Shown piece after piece: positions 59,090 through 64,000 of a DNA stretch of 64,000 bases. The position numbers were made by a program, and so were the translations under genes. Positions within the stretch are counted from its first letter, which is position 1, and every line of letters begins with the position of its first letter. The notes below the pieces were generated by a model. It had not been told where the DNA came from, searched no databases, and saw only the letters and a program-made list of their open reading frames with translations. This stretch comes from Candidatus Poribacteria bacterium (GTDB lineage Bacteria; Poribacteria; WGA-4E; PCPOR2b): the NCBI GenBank assembly GCA_965116925.1, contig OZ220744.1:1696001-1760000 (forward strand). The letters run 5' to 3'.

Positions 59090-60277
59090 ATGAAATCCTT
59101 CTATCAACTTCTCCAAAAACCGACGAAAAAAGTTATTGGGTTAATGTCTGGCACCTCTGTCGATGGCGTTGATGCTGCTCTTATCGAAATTCGAGGGCAC
59201 GGTTTAGAGACGAAGATTGAACTACTCGCATTCCATTCGCATCCCTTCAAGGCAGAAGTCCGGGATCGCATTTTTGATCTCTTTCAGCCAGAGGCAAGTC
59301 GCGTTGACGAACTTTGTCAGATGAATTTTCTTATCGGGAAGATTTTTGCGGAGGCAGCACTATCGGTCATTCACGAGGTGGGGTTAGCCGTGGAAGAAGT
59401 AGATTTGATTGGCTCACATGGGCAGACTGTCTATCATCTGCCTCCGCAGACAGGGGCAAAGGACGTTCCATCTACATTGCAGATTGGTGAACCGGCGGTC
59501 ATTGCGTATCGGACAGGTATACCGACAATTGCGAACTTCAGAGTCGCTGACCTCGCAGCGGGGGGACAGGGGGCACCACTTGTGCCGTATGTCGATTTTC
59601 TGCTATTTCGGAATACAGATCGGACGGTTGCACTGCAAAATATCGGCGGCATTTCCAATGTGACGCTCATACCCGCAGGCGCGTCGGCATCCGATGTCCT
59701 TGCCTCCGACACGGGACCAGGGAACATGATTATTGATTCAGTTATGGAAATTCTCACGGACGGAGCGGAAAAGTACGATAACGCGGGTCAGTTTGCCGCA
59801 CAGGGGAGCGTTTGTGAATCGCTGTTAGGGAAGTGGTTGGGACACCCCTTTATCAGGGCGCATCCACCCAAAACAACGGGACGTGAAGCGTTTGGTAGGC
59901 AGTTTGCGGATCAGGCGATTCAGCAGGCACAAGATCAGAATGCAGCACAGGCGGATTTGATTGCCACCTTGACAGCATTTACGGCGGAGACAATTGTTGA
60001 CTACTATCGTCGGTTTCTGTTTCCGCACTATTCCGTTGATGAAATCTATATCAGTGGAGGAGGCAGTCATAATCTCACGTTGATGGGACACCTTGAGAGG
60101 CTATTCCAACCAATTCCACTCCTACCGATTGATTCTATCGGCTTCTCAAGTGATGCGAAGGAAGCGATTGCGTTTGCTGTTCTTGCCAACGAGGCGGTTC
60201 ATGGACATCCGACGAACCTACCACAAGTCACAGGGGCATCACAACCGATGGTGCTTGGGACGTTCTCTCCAGCTTGA
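59090..60277 (+). CDS. anmK: Anhydro-N-acetylmuramic acid kinase
   Basis: GLMSGTSVDGVD, GSHGQT, GGQGAPL, NIGGISN, DTGPGN, PKTTGRE, KEAIAFA. Confidence 0.96.
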   Translation: MKSFYQLLQKPTKKVIGLMSGTSVDGVDAALIEIRGHGLETKIELLAFHSHPFKAEVRDRIFDLFQPEASRVDELCQMNFLIGKIFAEAALSVIHEVGLAVEEVDLIGSHGQTVYHLPPQTGAKDVPSTLQIGEPAVIAYRTGIPTIANFRVADLAAGGQGAPLVPYVDFLLFRNTDRTVALQNIGGISNVTLIPAGASASDVLASDTGPGNMIIDSVMEILTDGAEKYDNAGQFAAQGSVCESLLGKWLGHPFIRAHPPKTTGREAFGRQFADQAIQQAQDQNAAQADLIATLTAFTAETIVDYYRRFLFPHYSVDEIYISGGGSHNLTLMGHLERLFQPIPLLPIDSIGFSSDAKEAIAFAVLANEAVHGHPTNLPQVTGASQPMVLGTFSPA

Positions 60278-60321
60278 AGTCATGTGGCTGGCAGCAAAGA
60301 AACCGAGTTTTTAGCAAGTAC

Positions 60322-60346
60322 GGGCGGGGCAAGATGCCCCGCCTAC
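60322..60346. repeat. REP-like hairpin between convergent genes
   Basis: GGGCGGGGCAAGATGCCCCGCCTAC; related to 12965-12992. Confidence 0.7.
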
Positions 60347-60407
60347 GGCTTATCTTCGTACCTTACACTTTCTTTTTTAATAAGCCGAAGTTTCTAAGGG
60401 GTGCTGT

Positions 60408-61301
60408 TCAACCCCTACCGGGGAAGGTGAGTTCGGCGACACCGGATTTATCCAACTCCCCTTTGCCAAGCTCAATCATTCTGTCATACTGATCTTTGGT
60501 CGCTTCGGCGAGTGGGAGGTTCAAGCCCTCGGCTTTCGCGAGATCAAGGGCAATTCCTGAATCCTTCGACGCATGCGCCGCGGAGAAGTAACATTCGTGG
60601 TCGCGAGCCTCCATGTCTTCGCCGTCGGTTTCTAGGACGCGAGAGTTTGCACCGGTTTGGGAGAAAACTTCTTGCAACATCCCCAGATCCAACCCAAGCG
60701 CAGCCCCAAGTCCAAGCCCTTCTGCCAATCCGGCGGTGTTGATGTTCATCACCATATTCACAAGTGCTTTGACCTGAGCAGCCTGTCCCGCTTCACCGAT
60801 GTAACGGAGAGAGATGCTCATGGAATCGAGAATCGGTTTGGCATTGTTGAAGGTGTCCTCTTTCCCACCGCACATCAGATACAGCGTGCCTTCCCGTGCT
60901 TGGGTGATACTGCTCGCCATACAACCCTCAAGGCTCGATGCGCCGTGCTTCTCTGCGAGTTGTTCGACATCTACATGCACCTGCGGCGAGATTGTCGCAC
61001 AGTTGATAAATGTTGTTCCACTTGCACCTTTAAGCAGGCTGTCTTCCGCATCTTCCGAGAAGATCTGCCGCATCGCGTTATCGTCCGTCACAACGGTGAT
61101 GATGTAGTCCGCAAGTTCGGTCACGCGTGCAAGCTGATCCGTTGCCTCTGCGCCGATTTCCTCGCCGAGCGATGTCGCACGGTCTCCAGCCGCGTCGTAA
61201 ACAGCGGTGACCGAGAATCCTTCATCATTTAAGTGGCGTGCGATGTTTGCTCCCATCCTGCCTACGCCTACAACACCGATTTTGTAATCTGAGTTTGCCA
61301 T
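60408..61301 (-). CDS. NAD(P)-dependent beta-hydroxyacid dehydrogenase (3-hydroxyisobutyrate dehydrogenase family)
   Basis: GVGRMGANIA, GTLYLMCGG, QVKALVN, KD. Confidence 0.88.
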   Translation of the reverse strand: MANSDYKIGVVGVGRMGANIARHLNDEGFSVTAVYDAAGDRATSLGEEIGAEATDQLARVTELADYIITVVTDDNAMRQIFSEDAEDSLLKGASGTTFINCATISPQVHVDVEQLAEKHGASSLEGCMASSITQAREGTLYLMCGGKEDTFNNAKPILDSMSISLRYIGEAGQAAQVKALVNMVMNINTAGLAEGLGLGAALGLDLGMLQEVFSQTGANSRVLETDGEDMEARDHECYFSAAHASKDSGIALDLAKAEGLNLPLAEATKDQYDRMIELGKGELDKSGVAELTFPGRG

Positions 61302-61337
61302 GTTTTCCTCCTATCGTTTGAACATATCTGAAAGTTA

Positions 61338-61364
61338 GTAGGGAACGCAGATCTGCGTTCCCTA
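61338..61364. repeat. REP palindrome
   Basis: GTAGGGAACGCAGATCTGCGTTCCCTA, third copy. Confidence 0.85.
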
Positions 61365-61367
61365 TTT

Positions 61368-62156
61368 CTACTGAGGACGTTGAATATTCTTCCACCAAGC
61401 ATCACCATCTTGGTCAATGCTCCTTAGCAATAGTTTCCCCAAGGAAGTCATATCATAACCTTGAGCCTTCAACATACCCGTTTTTTCATCAAATTCTGGC
61501 AATTCTTCCGGTCTTGGTTTTTCAAATCGGATTTGGAGCAGATCTAAACGGACAAGGTTTGCTTCGTAGGTTTTATAAATTGTGTGTTTATCAGCTTTTT
61601 CCTGCGGATCTCTATAGAGTACAATTGGTTCAGTCAGGGCACCTTGATGTTTTTTTTCAAATTCGTGCCTTTTAGCCCAAGCCATTGAGTGAGACTTTAA
61701 CATAAGCACTTCAACATCGTTTAGCTCACCAAGTAGAAACAGCAATTTTTTATACTGAATATGTTCTAAATCTTCATTTGTGAAACTATTTTTTAGCAAG
61801 GAAGCTATGTATTCAATTCGCTCTTCTGATAGTGCCCGAGCTGCTTGCATAAACCCGTCTTCCATCAAATCAATTGATTTCTCCTCAAGCATCCTTTTCT
61901 CTACTTTAACCTTCTCTTTTTCATCAACCTTTGATTCCAGAGTTTTGAGCAGGGAGAAAATTCTGTCAATCCTCTGATTTGGAATTAAGCTGCCAATTAT
62001 TTCGGCGAATATTGGTCCGTAAATAGGAATAGCACCAAGGCCGCCTTTTGCAAGAATTGCTATTATGTCCGTTGCTTTAGTGTCCATTAATTGTTCTTTA
62101 TAACTTTGCAGAATCGCCATCAGGCGATGTTCCTTATTATTTGTTTTATCGTGCAT
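61368..62156 (-). CDS. Hypothetical protein, possibly Abi-alpha/DUF4393-like
   Basis: KGGLGAIPIYG, ERIEYIASLL, NLVRLDLL, MTSLGK. The start is uncertain; ATG 62156 overlaps the hsdS end. Confidence 0.6.
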   Translation of the reverse strand: MHDKTNNKEHRLMAILQSYKEQLMDTKATDIIAILAKGGLGAIPIYGPIFAEIIGSLIPNQRIDRIFSLLKTLESKVDEKEKVKVEKRMLEEKSIDLMEDGFMQAARALSEERIEYIASLLKNSFTNEDLEHIQYKKLLFLLGELNDVEVLMLKSHSMAWAKRHEFEKKHQGALTEPIVLYRDPQEKADKHTIYKTYEANLVRLDLLQIRFEKPRPEELPEFDEKTGMLKAQGYDMTSLGKLLLRSIDQDGDAWWKNIQRPQ

Positions 62157-63036
62157 AGATAACCTTCTCATCAAGGAAGGTTAACGCTTCCTGCTCCAAC
62201 TTATAGGCTTCTGCCCTTTTCCGGTTGGCTTCCAAAACCTTGTCGTTTATTGTCTTTTGTGTGTTCGCATCATGCAATAAAGGGAGGGATATTGAGGCAA
62301 CTTGCTCAACATTAATTTCATCTACTACCGCACCGTAGATATGTCGAGTTATCAAAGGATACGCGTAATCGCTTGAAAGCCAAGCACAGAGATAACCAGC
62401 AATTTCATTATTTGCTGGTACGATACGGATGACATGTTCGTTTGGAATCCAGCCCTCCCAATGTTCGGGGACAATTGCAACTTTACCAACTGTTCCACTT
62501 CTTGTGATTAGTATTGAATTAGTGCGAATTTCTAAGTCCCCCATTATTTTCTTTTGATGCTGACCTTTTGAAAGATACTTTTTGTTACTTGGATCCAACT
62601 CGGATAGCTGTGCCCCACCAAAAAACACAACACCATTATCTTCTTCAACATAGACTCTTTTAAATCTGCTTGGCAGGATAACCGATTGGCTTATTCGACT
62701 GTTTTCAACGCTAAGTATTTCCCTAGCCCTTTTCGCTATTTCTTGTTCGATTGTTTTCACAATCGGAACGTGATAAGATCCATCCAATCGATTAGTTAGC
62801 TCGCTTGAAGGCACAGAATAATTCAGAACGCCGACAGTCTTGTCGAACTGTTCAGCTCGCTCCTGTAAATCTTCAATGTCGGGAAGTTGCAGGGCTTCTT
62901 TTAACAAGATTTGTACTTCATCCATTAGCTCATTAGATTCATCCCTTAAACTGAACGATTCTTCAATTAGGTTATGAATTACTTGTTTGAAGATAGAAGG
63001 GGGATTGGGAACAGGAATGTCGTTTAGGTGTTTGGA
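62146..63036 (-). pseudogene. hsdS: 3' part of a restriction-modification specificity (S) subunit gene, cut by IS3
   Basis: RLDGSY, ILITRSGTVG, EHVIRI, YGAVVDEI. The ORF's apparent start (MGVSS) is IS-end DNA. Confidence 0.8.
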
Positions 63037-64000
63037 TGAGCTTACCCCCATCCTTTAGACAGCGATGAATGGGATTTAAGATATAAAATCTGAGCAACGT
63101 GGTCCAGTGTAAACGCCTGATTTTACTGGAAATACACCTCGTGAGGTGTTCGATAGTTAAGTGCTTGATGAAACCGGTGTTGATTGTAAAAGTTGAAATA
63201 ATCTCTCAATCGACAACAAGCCGTAGTCACCGAATCATAGTCGTTGAGATAAACCTCCTCATACTTGACACTGCGCCAAAGCCGTTCAATGAAGATATTG
63301 TCAAAATAGCTACCTCTTCCGTCCCAACTGATGGCAATATCAGCGGCTTTGAGTCGATTAGTAAAGGCATCAGAAGTGAACTGACTGCCTTGGTCATTGT
63401 TGAATATCAAGGGTTTGGATTGGCTAAGGGCACGTTCGAGAGCCGATAGACAAAAGTATACGTCGAGTGAGTTTGACAGTTCCCACGACAACACATACCG
63501 GGAGAACCAATCCATAACCGCTACCAGATACACAAACCCACTGGTCAGGCGAATATAGGTGATATCCGTTGCCCAAACCTGATTGGGTCTAATGATACTT
63601 AGTCCCTTGAGTAAATAGGGATACGTTTTCGATGGGTTGCCCGTAGCTGAAGCTGTGGGTTTGGGATAGATAGCCGCTAATCCCATCTTCCGCATCAACC
63701 GTGCCACCCGTTTTGGGTTGATACTATAGCCTTCAGAACGCAACCATGCGGTCAATCGAGGCACGCCGTAAAACGGTGTTTTTGTGTACTGCTCATCTAT
63801 CAACCGCATGTAGCGTAGATTTTGTGCCGATTCGCCTATAGGCTGGTAATAGAACGAGGCTCTAGCCAAGCCTAACAGCTCACATTGTCTGACAACCGAA
63901 AGACCATGGCACGTCTTGTCAATCAACTGTCGTTTCTGTTCAACGGAAAGGTTGAGTTTTTTTTTCAAGCCAGTCCAACTCCACCTTCAACTGACCGATT
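63037..64000 (-). mobile_element. IS3 family insertion sequence (partial, continues beyond the window)
   Basis: The end TGAGCTTACCCCCATCC at 63037 reads ...CA on the minus strand. orfB and the orfA tail (IGQLKVELDWL) are present. Confidence 0.88.
63123..63968 (-). CDS. IS3 family transposase OrfB (integrase core)
   Basis: WATDITY, NDQGSQF, DNIFIERLWRSVKYE. Confidence 0.95.
   Translation of the reverse strand: MKKKLNLSVEQKRQLIDKTCHGLSVVRQCELLGLARASFYYQPIGESAQNLRYMRLIDEQYTKTPFYGVPRLTAWLRSEGYSINPKRVARLMRKMGLAAIYPKPTASATGNPSKTYPYLLKGLSIIRPNQVWATDITYIRLTSGFVYLVAVMDWFSRYVLSWELSNSLDVYFCLSALERALSQSKPLIFNNDQGSQFTSDAFTNRLKAADIAISWDGRGSYFDNIFIERLWRSVKYEEVYLNDYDSVTTACCRLRDYFNFYNQHRFHQALNYRTPHEVYFQ

Overview
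Bacterial chromosomal window with no rRNA, tRNA or CRISPR visible. The gene mix and dense repeat load suggest Candidatus Poribacteria, but this is an unverified impression. (1) 1-8.8 kb is defence-like: a 5'-truncated MORC/GHKL ATPase fused to a histidine kinase, a receiver protein with an unknown output domain, an unknown gene, a PIN-like remnant, an aspartic-protease pair, an orphan hsdM bracketed by direct repeats, and SRAP. (2) 8.9-38.5 kb holds housekeeping and metabolic genes (recX-alaS, larB, PhyH and PhnZ-like oxygenases, lolA-pgsA-thpR-recA-rtcA, serine hydrolase). (3) 38.5-57.8 kb is a membrane/ion-homeostasis block bounded by two mscS genes. It contains a sigma54 promoter driving an exported protein, DUF948-like, YtxH and a cation-chloride cotransporter. 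Divergent from this is an unusual sigma54 activator (AAA+, IS5-transposase-like segment, FGE/SUMF1 domain) split by IS982. The block also has a CASTOR/POLLUX-like channel. (4) namZ-anmK follow, then an hsdS-like gene broken by an IS3. Intergenic DNA is full of GTAG-type REP hairpins, many sitting inside about six unrelated MITE shells.
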